Of a stretch of DNA of 64,000 nucleotides, positions 8,611 to 18,076 are shown piece after piece. A program made the translations under genes and the position numbers. Source of the stretch: Bdellovibrionales bacterium (GTDB lineage: Bacteria; Bdellovibrionota; Bdellovibrionia; Bdellovibrionales; Bdellovibrionaceae); the NCBI GenBank assembly GCA_046336825.1, contig JBKDFX010000097.1:2808-66807 (forward strand). Direction: 5' to 3'. The notes under the pieces were generated by a model that saw nothing but the letters and a program-made list of their open reading frames with translations, searched no databases and had not been told where the DNA came from. The stretch's first letter is position 1, and every line of letters starts with the position of its first letter.

Positions 8611-9638
8611 GGGCTTTCCTTCGTGTAAACAGAGTCTGCAATTTTTAAAATGAGTTCTCTAATATTTTTTCCAGTCACGGCTGATATTGCAAGAGGCCGG
8701 TATCCAAGCTTTTTTTCAAATTTACTTTGAAGTTGAAGAAGGGTTTCCTCTTGAACGCTATCAGATTTATTCAACGCCACAATCTGTGGGCGAGTTGATA
8801 GTGCAAAAAAGCCTTCTTTATCTTTGTTTTGCTCATCGTACATACTGAGTTCGTGATTGATATCAATGTAGTCATCCATCGGTTCGCGCCCTGACATTCC
8901 TGAAATATCCACTAGGTGAACAAAGACTCGTGTGCGCTCAATATGCTTTAAAAACTGAATCCCTAGACCGACACCTAAATGAGCCCCCTTAACGAGTCCA
9001 GGGATGTCAGCCACCACAAAGCTCTTTTCGTCTGTGAACTTAACAACACCCAGATGAGGCGTAAGTGTTGTGAAGGGATAGTCAGCAATTTTAGGCTTTG
9101 CTGCTGAGATTCTCGATATAAGCGTTGATTTTCCAGCATTTGGAAATCCGATAATACCCACATCAGCAATTAACTTTAGTTCCAGTGTAATTTCAATTTC
9201 TTCACCTGCCTCACCCGGCTGTGCATGCTCAGGTGCTTGATTAACACTGGTTCTGAAGAAAAAGTTGCCCTTTCCCCCGCGACCACCTTGGAGCAAAGTG
9301 ATCTGTTTGATGTGAGTTAAATCATAAAGAATTTGTCCGTTATGGTCCCGAATCAATGTTCCTTCAGGCACTTCAAGAATTAAGTCCTGGCCGTTAGCCC
9401 CTGAGCACTTTGAACCCGTACCAGGTAAACCGTTGGGAGCTGCGTATTTTTTATTGTTTTTAAAATCAACAAGGGAGTTGAGATGAGGTGTGGTTTTGAT
9501 AATTAAATCTCCACCCTTGCCTCCGTCACCACCATCTGGTCCGCCTCTAGGTTCCATGGCCTCCCGGCGAAAACTAATACAACCTGGGCCACCACGACCA
9601 CTCGAAATTACTATTTTTACTTCGTCGATGAACTTCAT
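8607..9638 (-). CDS. obg: GTPase Obg/CgtA
   Basis: 343 aa. Obg fold N-terminus MKFIDEVKIVISSGRGGPGCISFRRE ... GGPDGGDGGKGGD, with G1 GFPNAGKST, G3 DIPGL and G4 NKSD. The TGA stop overlaps the nadD-rsfS ATG. Confidence 0.95.
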   Translation of the reverse strand: MKFIDEVKIVISSGRGGPGCISFRREAMEPRGGPDGGDGGKGGDLIIKTTPHLNSLVDFKNNKKYAAPNGLPGTGSKCSGANGQDLILEVPEGTLIRDHNGQILYDLTHIKQITLLQGGRGGKGNFFFRTSVNQAPEHAQPGEAGEEIEITLELKLIADVGIIGFPNAGKSTLISRISAAKPKIADYPFTTLTPHLGVVKFTDEKSFVVADIPGLVKGAHLGVGLGIQFLKHIERTRVFVHLVDISGMSGREPMDDYIDINHELSMYDEQNKDKEGFFALSTRPQIVALNKSDSVQEETLLQLQSKFEKKLGYRPLAISAVTGKNIRELILKIADSVYTKESP

Positions 9639-9649
9639 AACACTCTTTT

Positions 9650-9680
9650 AAAAAAAAGAGGGAACCACAATGGCTCCCTC
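9650..9680 (-). terminator. intrinsic terminator/attenuator between rpmA and obg
   Basis: The minus-strand RNA reads GAGGGAGCC-AUUGU-GGUUCCCUC: a 9-bp stem with one G-U pair and a 5-nt loop, followed by eight U. It lies 27 nt after the rpmA stop, and its U tract ends only 11 nt before the obg ATG. Confidence 0.75.
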
Positions 9681-9706
9681 AATTTCAGATTTTTCAAAAA
9701 TCAATA

Positions 9707-9967
9707 CTACGCTGATTTTGGATAAACGCTGACTTTAAATTTCTCTTTGGAAAAACGTTCAAACTTAACAACGCCATTGATAACTGAGTAAATGGTATGG
9801 TCTTTACCCATCTTCACGTTATTACCAACATGGAATTTTGTACCACGTTGACGAACTAAAATTGTTCCAGAAAGAACAGACTCACCACCAAAGCGCTTTA
9901 CGCCAAGTCTTTTACTCTGTGAATCACGTCCATTTTTCGTACTACCGCCGGCCTTTTTACTTGCCAT
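9707..9967 (-). CDS. rpmA: 50S ribosomal protein L27
   Basis: 86 aa: [28 protein letters not shown] ... [26 protein letters not shown] lies 4 nt upstream. Confidence 0.97.
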   Translation of the reverse strand: MASKKAGGSTKNGRDSQSKRLGVKRFGGESVLSGTILVRQRGTKFHVGNNVKMGKDHTIYSVINGVVKFERFSKEKFKVSVYPKSA

Positions 9968-10072
9968 AATTCACCTCAATTACTTTTTAGCTTTTTTAAC
10001 TGTTTTCTTTTTTGCTGCGGGCTTTTTAGCTGCTTTTTTAGGAGCTGCTTTTTTTACAGGCTTTGCAACTTT

Positions 10073-10522
10073 CTACTCAGGAGCTGCTTCAGCTTTGCTT
10101 TTGTTTTGAACTCGTTCAGCACGAGCTTGAACTAATGCGTTTTGCTTGTCTTCGCGAGCCTTAACAACATCAATTACTTTTGGCTTTTCTTCAGATTTGG
10201 CCACTTGTCCATCGGGAGAAGTGATCGACTTAATAAAAAGCTCAGTGAACAACTGACGGTGTGTAGCGAATTTTCTGTAAGAGTGACGACGCTTCTTTTT
10301 GAAAACCAAAATCTTGCGCGTGCGAGACTGTTTAGTAACAACTGCAGTCACCTTTGCGTTTTTAACTAGGGGTTGACCTGTGTGAACAGCATCGCCACCA
10401 ATCATCAAAACTTCATTAATATCAAATTCAGAGCCTAAAGCCTGATCTAACTTTTCAACTTGTAAAACATCACCGGGCTTAACAGTGTATTGCTTACCAC
10501 CCGAGCGAATTATCGCGTACAT
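10073..10522 (-). CDS. rplU: 50S ribosomal protein L21 with a C-terminal extension (as annotated, ends at an in-frame TAG; see findings)
   Basis: The conserved N-terminus MYAIIRSGGKQYTVKPGDVL starts at the ATG 10520-10522, preceded by SD GGAGG. The ORF-track start at 10567 is an upstream in-frame extension. Confidence 0.93.
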   Translation of the reverse strand: MYAIIRSGGKQYTVKPGDVLQVEKLDQALGSEFDINEVLMIGGDAVHTGQPLVKNAKVTAVVTKQSRTRKILVFKKKRRHSYRKFATHRQLFTELFIKSITSPDGQVAKSEEKPKVIDVVKAREDKQNALVQARAERVQNKSKAEAAPE

Positions 10523-10704
10523 GAGAACCTCCGTAGGACACAAGTCCCCGTTTCTGCCACTCTGCATGAGGGTTTGTCAACCAGTTATCCGCCTGTCGAA
10601 TAGGCAATTTAATGGTAAGTTTTTAAAACCTGTGAACAAAGACTAAAATCAGACTATCAAGCCTTCCTCAATAATCAAATAAATTCATTAATTTCAATAT
10701 GTTA

Positions 10705-12234
10705 TCAAATAAAAAAGACTTCGTACTGTTCGAGGTGGTAACTGGGTTCAATCTTAAAGGCGATGGAGCGACCAATTTTCTTTTCCACATGATCTAGGGT
10801 TTCTCCCTCGACCTCGTAGATTTGATCCACCACATCGCTGTGACAGTGAACCACAATGGATTGGTTCTTTTTATCAAGAGTGTGGGCTTCTCGCTCAATT
10901 TCTCTGAATATTTCACTGGCCACAGTTGTCTTCTTTTTAATGTACCCTTTGCCTTCACAGTACTCACAAGGTTCGCAAAGGCTTTTTATTAGGCTAGGAC
11001 GTATCCTTTTACGTGTCATTTCCACTAGGCCCAACTGTGACATGGAGATAACGTGCGTGCGCGCCCTGTCTTTAGAAACTTCTTCGCGAAGGGCTTCCGT
11101 GACTTTTTCTCGGTGGGTTTCTTTTTCCATATCGATAAAGTCGACAATAATAATTCCACCGCAATTTCGAATTTTTAATTGGTGAGCAATTTCTCGAACT
11201 GCTTCGAGATTCGTTTTTAAAATGGTGTCCTCGAGATCTTTTTTACCTACGAAGCGCCCCGTGTTAACATCAACAACAACAAGAGCTTCAGCTTCATCTA
11301 TGACAATGTAGCCACCCGACTTAAGCCAAATTTTTCGGTCCATGGACCGAGATATTTCCATATCGATATCATACATATCAAAAAGGGGCTTTTGCTGATC
11401 GTAAAGATTAATATTATGTTTATATTTAGGCATCAGCTGAGAAACAAATTTTGTCACTTTTTTGTGAACTTCTTCGTCATCTACAAATACTGCCGCTACA
11501 TCTTCATTCATTAAATCCCTGAGGGCGCGAAGCTCAACATCCAGTTCTTGATGAATCATCCCAGGATTTTTTTTCTTCTCGTAATTTTTGAAAATTTCTT
11601 TTCCAAGGCGATCTAAGTATTCAATGTCTGTGCGCAGTTGTTCATCGGTTGCACCTTCTCCCGCAGTGCGAACAATGACCCCGCCTTGTGGATTGCATTT
11701 CTGTACTAACTGCTTGAGACGTTCTCGTTCGCCTTCATTTTCAATTCTTCGGCTAATACCGAGATGACGAACTGTTGGAAGATAAACAATGAATCGGCCC
11801 GGCAAAGAAACATGAGTGGTGATCCTGGCTCCCTTTGTCCCAATGGGATCTTTGGCCACTTGCACAAGGATGGATTGCCCTTCTTTGAGAAGATCCTGTA
11901 TGGGCGTCTTATTGGCTGCGATGCGCTCTTCTCTTTCGTCGTCCTCAGAGGTTTCCAGAGGCTCATCGCGATCTAAATCAGAAAAAGGGTAAGCATCTGA
12001 ATCTACGTCAGCACGAATATCTCCCACATATAAAAAGGCAGCACGATCGAGACCGATGTCGACAAAGGCCGCCTGCATCCCGGGTAATACTCGAATAACA
12101 GTTCCGCGGTGCACACTCCCGACCAAGGTCGGGGAAGTTTTTCGTTCGATCTTCAGATCAGTAAGAATTCCGCTCTCAACATAAGCTACTCGGGTTTCTT
12201 GGGGTCTTACATTTATCAAAATTTCTGCGGCCAT
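10705..12234 (-). CDS. rng: ribonuclease G/E family endoribonuclease (RNase G-like)
   Basis: 509 aa. N-terminal S1 domain (GSVHRGTVIRVLPGMQAAFVDIG) and an RNase E/G catalytic core (GGIIIVDFIDM, LGLVEMTRKR). Confidence 0.88.
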   Translation of the reverse strand: MAAEILINVRPQETRVAYVESGILTDLKIERKTSPTLVGSVHRGTVIRVLPGMQAAFVDIGLDRAAFLYVGDIRADVDSDAYPFSDLDRDEPLETSEDDEREERIAANKTPIQDLLKEGQSILVQVAKDPIGTKGARITTHVSLPGRFIVYLPTVRHLGISRRIENEGERERLKQLVQKCNPQGGVIVRTAGEGATDEQLRTDIEYLDRLGKEIFKNYEKKKNPGMIHQELDVELRALRDLMNEDVAAVFVDDEEVHKKVTKFVSQLMPKYKHNINLYDQQKPLFDMYDIDMEISRSMDRKIWLKSGGYIVIDEAEALVVVDVNTGRFVGKKDLEDTILKTNLEAVREIAHQLKIRNCGGIIIVDFIDMEKETHREKVTEALREEVSKDRARTHVISMSQLGLVEMTRKRIRPSLIKSLCEPCEYCEGKGYIKKKTTVASEIFREIEREAHTLDKKNQSIVVHCHSDVVDQIYEVEGETLDHVEKKIGRSIAFKIEPSYHLEQYEVFFI

Positions 12235-12312
12235 GAATCATCTTTAGTCTAGTTAAGGCGATCGTGGCAACTTCAATTAAAAAATCTTTCTGTTCTGCCG
12301 ATAATATCTTTG

Positions 12313-13389
12313 ATGGCAACAATCGACGAACTTTTTAAAATAATGGTGGAACAAAAAGCTTCTGACTTACATATCACGTCAGGGGCACCTCCCTATTTAA
12401 GATTGCATGGCAACATGGTGCCACTCAATTATCGCGAATTAAGCAATCAAGATGTTCAAGGATTAGTTTTTGAAATCTTAACCGAAAAGCAAAAGAAAAT
12501 ATTTGTAGAAAAATGGGAGCTGGATTGTGCTTATGCCATTCCGGGACTGGGTCGTTTTCGTGTGAATGTCTTCATGCAAAGAAAAGGTCTTGGTGGCGTA
12601 TTCCGAGTTATTCCTGAAAAGATTTTAACTCCACAGGAACTTAATTTGCCTGGCTCAATTATGGAGTTAATTGATGTTGACCGAGGCCTTGTCCTCGTCA
12701 CCGGCCCAACTGGTTCTGGTAAGTCGACGACTTTGGCGGCCCTGATCCACCACATTAACATGACTCGCGAAGCTCATATTTTAACTGTTGAAGATCCCGT
12801 GGAGTTTGTTCACCAAAATATAAAAGCACTTGTTAATCAACGTGAAGTTGGAAGCCATACAAAAACTTTTGCCAATGCACTTAAGGCCGCCTTACGTGAA
12901 GACCCAGATATCATGCTTGTGGGTGAGTTGCGTGATTTGGAAACAATTTCTCTCGCTTTAACGGCTGCAGAAACAGGGCACTTGGTTTTTGGAACCCTTC
13001 ATACCAACAGTGCGGCTAAAACAATTGACCGTATTATCGACGTTTTTCCTTCGGGCCAACAGCAGCAAATTCGCACAATGTTATCTGAAAGCTTGCGTGG
13101 CGTTGTAGCTCAAACTCTTTTCTCTAGAGCGGATGGTCAAGGGCGAGTCGCCGCTTACGAAATTTTAAGAAACAACAAGGCCGTTGCAAATTTGATTCGA
13201 GAAAACAAAATTCACCAAATTGCTTCCATTATGCAAACTGGCCATTCCAGCGGGATGATTTTGTTTGAAAAATACATCGATGACCTGGTTAAAACTGGTA
13301 AAGTATCTGCTGCTGACGCTAAAACTTTCCTCGGTAAAGATACTGAGGTGACAGCTGCATCGAAGGGCGCTATGACAAAAGCAGGATGA
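12313..13389 (+). CDS. pilT: type IV pilus retraction ATPase PilT
   Basis: Walker A GPTGSGKSTT, Asp box/Walker B DPDIMLVGELRD, His box GHLVFGTLHT and a PilT-type motif, AVANLIRENKIHQI. The ATG at 12313 is preferred over the TTG at 12310. Confidence 0.9.
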   Translation: MATIDELFKIMVEQKASDLHITSGAPPYLRLHGNMVPLNYRELSNQDVQGLVFEILTEKQKKIFVEKWELDCAYAIPGLGRFRVNVFMQRKGLGGVFRVIPEKILTPQELNLPGSIMELIDVDRGLVLVTGPTGSGKSTTLAALIHHINMTREAHILTVEDPVEFVHQNIKALVNQREVGSHTKTFANALKAALREDPDIMLVGELRDLETISLALTAAETGHLVFGTLHTNSAAKTIDRIIDVFPSGQQQQIRTMLSESLRGVVAQTLFSRADGQGRVAAYEILRNNKAVANLIRENKIHQIASIMQTGHSSGMILFEKYIDDLVKTGKVSAADAKTFLGKDTEVTAASKGAMTKAG

Positions 13390-14069
13390 AAACTGCTTTT
13401 CAAAATAAAGATTTGGCCCTCTATATTGACCACACCCTTCTGCGGGCTGATGCAAGCTCGACAGAATTTAAAAAAATCTGCCAAGAGGCCATTCAGCACC
13501 ATCTTTATGCTGTTTGTGTGCCCGGTCGATTTGTAAAACTCGTTAAAAGTGAGCTCTTGAGCACCCGCGTGAAAGTGGCAGCTGTCATCGGATTTCCCTT
13601 GGGCAACCAAACTTCTGTTTCAAAAGCTTTTGAAACATCTATCGCTGTTGAAGATGGAGCTGATGAAGTTGATATGGTGATTTCTTTAGGCGGAATCCGT
13701 GAAAAAAATTGGACTTATGTCACTGAAGACATTCAGAGCGTTGTCAAGGCAGCTAAAGGGAAAGCCGTTAAGGTCATTTTAGAAACCCATCTTCTCAACC
13801 AAGAAGAAAAAGTCAAAGCCATCGAGTCTGCTATCCAGGCAAAAGCCCATTTCATAAAAACCAGCACTGGCTTTTCTGGCGGTGGAGCCACTCTTGAAGA
13901 CATCAGCTTGATGAAAACGGTGGCTGCGGGTCGTATTAAAATAAAAGCCAGCGGAGGAGTAAAATCCTTTGATCAAGCGGTTGGACTTATTCAGGCGGGA
14001 GCAGACCGCATTGGAACCAGTTCTGGCGTTGCGCTTGTCACAAATTCAGTTGTGAGTGGAGGCTATTGA
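13386..14069 (+). CDS. deoC: deoxyribose-phosphate aldolase
   Basis: 227 aa: IDHTLLRADAS, VAAVIGFPLGN, DEVDMVISLG, and the Schiff-base lysine context FIKTSTGF. The start overlaps the pilT stop (ATGA). Confidence 0.92.
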   Translation: MKTAFQNKDLALYIDHTLLRADASSTEFKKICQEAIQHHLYAVCVPGRFVKLVKSELLSTRVKVAAVIGFPLGNQTSVSKAFETSIAVEDGADEVDMVISLGGIREKNWTYVTEDIQSVVKAAKGKAVKVILETHLLNQEEKVKAIESAIQAKAHFIKTSTGFSGGGATLEDISLMKTVAAGRIKIKASGGVKSFDQAVGLIQAGADRIGTSSGVALVTNSVVSGGY

Positions 14070-15386
14070 GTGTTTCTTGCAGCAGAAATTATAAAAAAAA
14101 AGAGAAACGGATTTCCGCTCAACAAAGAAGAAATCAACACTCTGATACAAAAATACACTTTAGGTGAAATTCCAGATTACCAAATGGCGGCCTGGCTGAT
14201 GGCTGTCTACTTTAAGGGAATGACTTTTGATGAAACTCTGGAGCTCACGCAGTCCATGTTAAACTCTGGACGCGTTATGAAATTTCCCAAGTCTCCTGAA
14301 TTTAAAGTGGATAAACACAGCACGGGCGGCATCGGAGATAAAACCAGTTTGATTTTAGGTCCTATCGTGGCCTCCCTCGGAATTCCAGTTCCCATGATAT
14401 CCGGCCGCGGTCTTGGCCACACGGGTGGAACACTAGACAAACTTGAAAGTATTCCTGGATTCAATACTCAGCTCAGTCTTGATGATTTTGAAGAAATGAT
14501 TTTTGAAAACAAAATCAGCTTTATAGGTCAGACTCTTGATATCTGCCCTGCCGATAAAAAACTGTATGCCCTCAGAGATGTGACAGCAACTGTTGAAAGC
14601 CGTCCTCTCATCTGCGCTAGCATCATGTCAAAAAAATTAGCTGAAGGGGCTGACGGGCTTGTTTTAGACGTCAAATGGGGATCTGGCGCCTTCATGAAAT
14701 CAAAGGCCGATGCCGAAGCCCTGGCTCAAGATTTGAGAAATATTGCTCTTGGAGCTGGCCGCAAATGCACAGCTATCATCAGCGATATGAATCAACCTTT
14801 GGGCCGATATGCGGGCAACTCTTTAGAGGTTCACGAGTGTTTAGAAATATTAAATAACAAAAGTTTTTTCTCTGTTGATGGTCGAGATCTTTATCAAGAC
14901 ACCCGTGATCTGAGTGTTTTACTTTCTGCACATATGATTCTTCTGGCTAGAAAGTCTCAGGATCTTTCTTCTGCGATTGAACTTGCGCAGCAGCAACTTA
15001 AAAACGGCCAAGCTTTAGCTAAATTTGAAGAGATGGTTTTGCGTCAGGGTGGTGCATTAAAAAATCTCAAACACGCCTCACAAAAGCATATTGTGAGCGC
15101 TGGTTCGGCTGGATTTGTTAAAGCTTTCAACGCTGAAAAAATTGGACTTGCAGGCATCCAATTACGAGCTGGTCGCATGAAAAAAGAGGATGTCATTGAC
15201 CCCACGTCTGGAATTGAGTTTCACAAAAAAATTGGAGATCCCATCGGGGCCAATGATACATTATTTACCATCTTTTGTGATAATGTTTCGCTTGTACCTG
15301 ATTGTAAAAAATTGTTGCTCGAGTCCGTTGAAATTTCCTTGCAAAAAACAGATGCGCCCGATCTGATAGTAAAGACGATTGGTTAA
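14070..15386 (+). CDS. deoA: thymidine/pyrimidine-nucleoside phosphorylase
   Basis: 438 aa with a GTG start directly after the deoC TGA; SD GGAGG is 8 nt upstream. Family motifs: VDKHSTGGIGDKTSL and SGRGLGHTGGTLDKLESIPG. Confidence 0.92.
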   Translation: MFLAAEIIKKKRNGFPLNKEEINTLIQKYTLGEIPDYQMAAWLMAVYFKGMTFDETLELTQSMLNSGRVMKFPKSPEFKVDKHSTGGIGDKTSLILGPIVASLGIPVPMISGRGLGHTGGTLDKLESIPGFNTQLSLDDFEEMIFENKISFIGQTLDICPADKKLYALRDVTATVESRPLICASIMSKKLAEGADGLVLDVKWGSGAFMKSKADAEALAQDLRNIALGAGRKCTAIISDMNQPLGRYAGNSLEVHECLEILNNKSFFSVDGRDLYQDTRDLSVLLSAHMILLARKSQDLSSAIELAQQQLKNGQALAKFEEMVLRQGGALKNLKHASQKHIVSAGSAGFVKAFNAEKIGLAGIQLRAGRMKKEDVIDPTSGIEFHKKIGDPIGANDTLFTIFCDNVSLVPDCKKLLLESVEISLQKTDAPDLIVKTIG

Positions 15387-15390
15387 AAAA

Positions 15391-16212
15391 ATGCTTTTAG
15401 ATAAGTTAACAGAAACAGTTAGTTTTATTAGATCTCGCTCCTCTATTAAGCCAAAAGTGGGAGTCATTCTTGGCTCTGGCTTGGGAGCTTTTGTTCAACA
15501 CATAAAAGTTGATGCCAAGATCCCTTTTAATGAAATCCCGAATTTTATGACCACTTCTGTCGAAGGCCACTCTGGTAATTTAATTTTGGGTACTGTGGGA
15601 GACAACTTACCCATAGTCGTACTTCAGGGTCGCCTCCATTATTATGAAGGTCACAGCATGGACACTGTGGTTTACCCAACACGAACGATGGCTCTGCTAG
15701 GCATTGAAACTCTTATGCTGACTAACTCTGCTGGCGGCTTCGGTGATACCATGCAAGCTGGTGATTTCATGATCATCGAAGATCATATCAACTTAATGGG
15801 TATAAATCCTTTGATGGGACCCAATCTAAAACAGTTGGGACCAAGATTTCCAGATATGACCGAAGCCTATGATCGTAAACTCATTGATCTCATGGAAAAA
15901 ACCTTTCAAGAAATGAGCTGCCGTTACCATAAAGGCATTTACTGCGGCGTTACTGGACCTACTTATGAAACGCCAGCCGAAGTGAGATACCTCAAGCTAA
16001 TTGGGGGAAAAGCAGTGGGAATGAGCACTGTTCCTGAGTCCATTGCAGCCAATCATCTCGGACTTCGCGTGGCCGCTTTGAGTTGCATCACAAATCTAGC
16101 TGCTGGAATCTCCAGAAATAAGCTTTCCCATGAAGAAGTCACAGAGAATGCAAAAAAAGTGGAATTACAGTTCATCACTTTTTTAAAGAACTTCTTAGAA
16201 AAATTAAACTAA
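15391..16212 (+). CDS. punA: purine nucleoside phosphorylase (trimeric PNP family)
   Basis: GVILGSGLG, GRLHYYEGH, GMSTVPE and SCITNLAAG motifs. The ATG at 15391 is preferred over the TTG at 15379, which overlaps the deoA end. Confidence 0.88.
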   Translation: MLLDKLTETVSFIRSRSSIKPKVGVILGSGLGAFVQHIKVDAKIPFNEIPNFMTTSVEGHSGNLILGTVGDNLPIVVLQGRLHYYEGHSMDTVVYPTRTMALLGIETLMLTNSAGGFGDTMQAGDFMIIEDHINLMGINPLMGPNLKQLGPRFPDMTEAYDRKLIDLMEKTFQEMSCRYHKGIYCGVTGPTYETPAEVRYLKLIGGKAVGMSTVPESIAANHLGLRVAALSCITNLAAGISRNKLSHEEVTENAKKVELQFITFLKNFLEKLN

Positions 16213-16685
16213 GTTTGGCAGACCCACTTTTGCTGGGGTGTTTTCCCCTCGAGATACCAGAAAAGAATCTTATTTTTTTTGCCCAAATAAAATGTCATCA
16301 CATCGTTTTCTTCATTTAAACTATCAATCACAATCTTATAACCTAACACTTTTCTGGCTGGACTTTCCATTCGATAACTTGTGATTAAAAAAGGGTTGTC
16401 GATTCCGTCTTGCAAAAGACTTATTCCAGATCTTTTAATGTAACGAGAAACCAGATCTTGTTCGGTGGTGGTCAACTGCAATACGTTTTCTGTTGTCAGT
16501 GTATGTTGATACCGCATGGGAACAGGTCGACCTGATCGAATTTTTAACAGCCCAATACGACACTCTTGAACTTCATGGCTGTTTTTCTTGGTCTGACCAA
16601 CAGAATGAAAAGACACAAGATAAAAAAGGATCGATCCTGTTGTAAGAGAAAAAATTAATCTTTTGACGAAAGCTGTTGTTTCCAT
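16209..16685 (-). CDS. hypothetical secreted/membrane-anchored protein
   Basis: 158-aa ORF with an N-terminal hydrophobic segment (LIFSLTTGSILFYLVSF). It lies downstream of the ABC/FtsX operon on the same strand (119-bp gap). No recognised motif. Confidence 0.5.
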   Translation of the reverse strand: METTAFVKRLIFSLTTGSILFYLVSFHSVGQTKKNSHEVQECRIGLLKIRSGRPVPMRYQHTLTTENVLQLTTTEQDLVSRYIKRSGISLLQDGIDNPFLITSYRMESPARKVLGYKIVIDSLNEENDVMTFYLGKKNKILFWYLEGKTPQQKWVCQT

Positions 16686-16804
16686 ACCCTACCCCGTCGT
16701 CAAGTAGAGCAAGTTCTGAGCCCATTCTCTAATGTAATGGAATTAAGCACAGATCAAAATTTTGAAACAACTTCAATGAGGTGTCTAAAATTGTGTCACT
16801 AGCA

Positions 16805-18076
16805 CTAGAAAGACCACTTGAGACCTGCAGAAATTTGAGCCTCCGAGAGCAGCGTGAATTCAGTATTTTTAGCCCCGCCAAAAAGAACGGCTTCAGCGCT
16901 GAGCACAGTTCTGTCATTGGCATTATATTCCCAATTAAGCTGAGTGGCGGACGAATCTTGCGTAAGGCTCACCAATGACCTGATGGCCACACTGATTTCT
17001 CTGGAGTTACCCAAATCTGGGATCCGCAATGAGGTATAGGAGTAGCTTCTGGTGCGAAACTCTAATCCCGGGCGAGCGAATCTATTAGCATTTTGAATCA
17101 GATTAGGCGCGACACTTGTTGCAGATGACAATGACTGATCCCATTGATTTTTTGACCAACCAGATTCATTCCATATGAATTCTTGCCGAAAATCAAATGA
17201 ACCTTCCCAGCGAATTCCGGCCACCATGAAGGTGGAAAAATCCTGGGAAGAGGCACCTTTAATTTCCATATCAAAACCACCCAACCCGTTACCAACAGGA
17301 GTGTAGTGGGAGTTGCCCTGGCGATGCTGAATATCAGCATAGATGGAAACAGCTTCAGATGGGGCCCAATTAAAATACTCGCCCACAAAAAACTTTTCCT
17401 GGTCAAGTCGACCCACCATCAGTGCGAAAACATTGGATGGGTTTTGCATTTGAAATTCAAATTTAAGCACTGATTTTTCTGAAAAGCCCTGATCGGCAGT
17501 CCAGTGCTGTTCCAAATTACTCATGGGCTCATGCAAAAGAACAACACTCAAGTTTTGTTCATCTAAGGGAATATTGACGTTTGCTCTTAAAAGGACCTGT
17601 CCTTTTTCTTTGTAAAAGAAACTTCGTTGGCTGTTATTAAAGTGATAATAGGGATTCGTCGGTGAGAAAATTTCAGCAGGACCCCATTGATAGTTTTGCA
17701 AACCCAGCGTTGTGCTGAGGGATTCGCTCCAGTGAGATGAAATAAACAAATCCGTTAAGTCGTTGTCCAGTTCAGATCTTTCTTTAACGGGTTTAGTTTC
17801 ATAAAAATTGATTTGTTCGAAAAACAAAATGTGTCTGGATCTAAGAGTAAGACTTTGATTTTCAGAAAATTCATAGGAAACGTCGGGCCTAAACTCAAGC
17901 AACTGCTTATTTTCAGGAAGGCCTAGTGTTGTATTATTTGAGTTGATCGGTGAATTTTTTTTAACATCTTGGTTTTCGATGGCTGCAAAAATATCACCCC
18001 TAAAGCTAAACTGCGCCTGAGCCAAGCTAGAGAGAAATACAATAATCGAAAAGAGTAGACCTTTATACATTTGCAA
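16805..18076 (-). CDS. candidate outer-membrane beta-barrel protein (last gene of the ABC/FtsX operon)
   Basis: 423 aa. It has a signal peptide (LLFSIIVFLSSLAQA/QF), alternating amphipathic strand-like segments rich in aromatic residues, and a C-terminal ...SAGLKWSF ending in Phe, as in BAM substrates. It overlaps the upstream permease stop by 14 nt. Confidence 0.6.
   Translation of the reverse strand: MQMYKGLLFSIIVFLSSLAQAQFSFRGDIFAAIENQDVKKNSPINSNNTTLGLPENKQLLEFRPDVSYEFSENQSLTLRSRHILFFEQINFYETKPVKERSELDNDLTDLFISSHWSESLSTTLGLQNYQWGPAEIFSPTNPYYHFNNSQRSFFYKEKGQVLLRANVNIPLDEQNLSVVLLHEPMSNLEQHWTADQGFSEKSVLKFEFQMQNPSNVFALMVGRLDQEKFFVGEYFNWAPSEAVSIYADIQHRQGNSHYTPVGNGLGGFDMEIKGASSQDFSTFMVAGIRWEGSFDFRQEFIWNESGWSKNQWDQSLSSATSVAPNLIQNANRFARPGLEFRTRSYSYTSLRIPDLGNSREISVAIRSLVSLTQDSSATQLNWEYNANDRTVLSAEAVLFGGAKNTEFTLLSEAQISAGLKWSF

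Noticed and set aside
10523-10567. N-terminal extensions given by the ORF track for rplU (10567), lon (40514), the SDR (43045), the ABC ATPase (22125), the islet ORF (29922) and the PNP gene (15379).
   Set aside because: In each case except the PNP gene, an internal ATG preceded by a good Shine-Dalgarno sequence reproduces the conserved family N-terminus (for example MYAIIRSGGKQY for L21). The upstream residues therefore look like read-in from non-coding sequence or from the neighbouring gene. For the PNP gene I saw no SD; ATG 15391 is preferred only because TTG 15379 overlaps the end of deoA.
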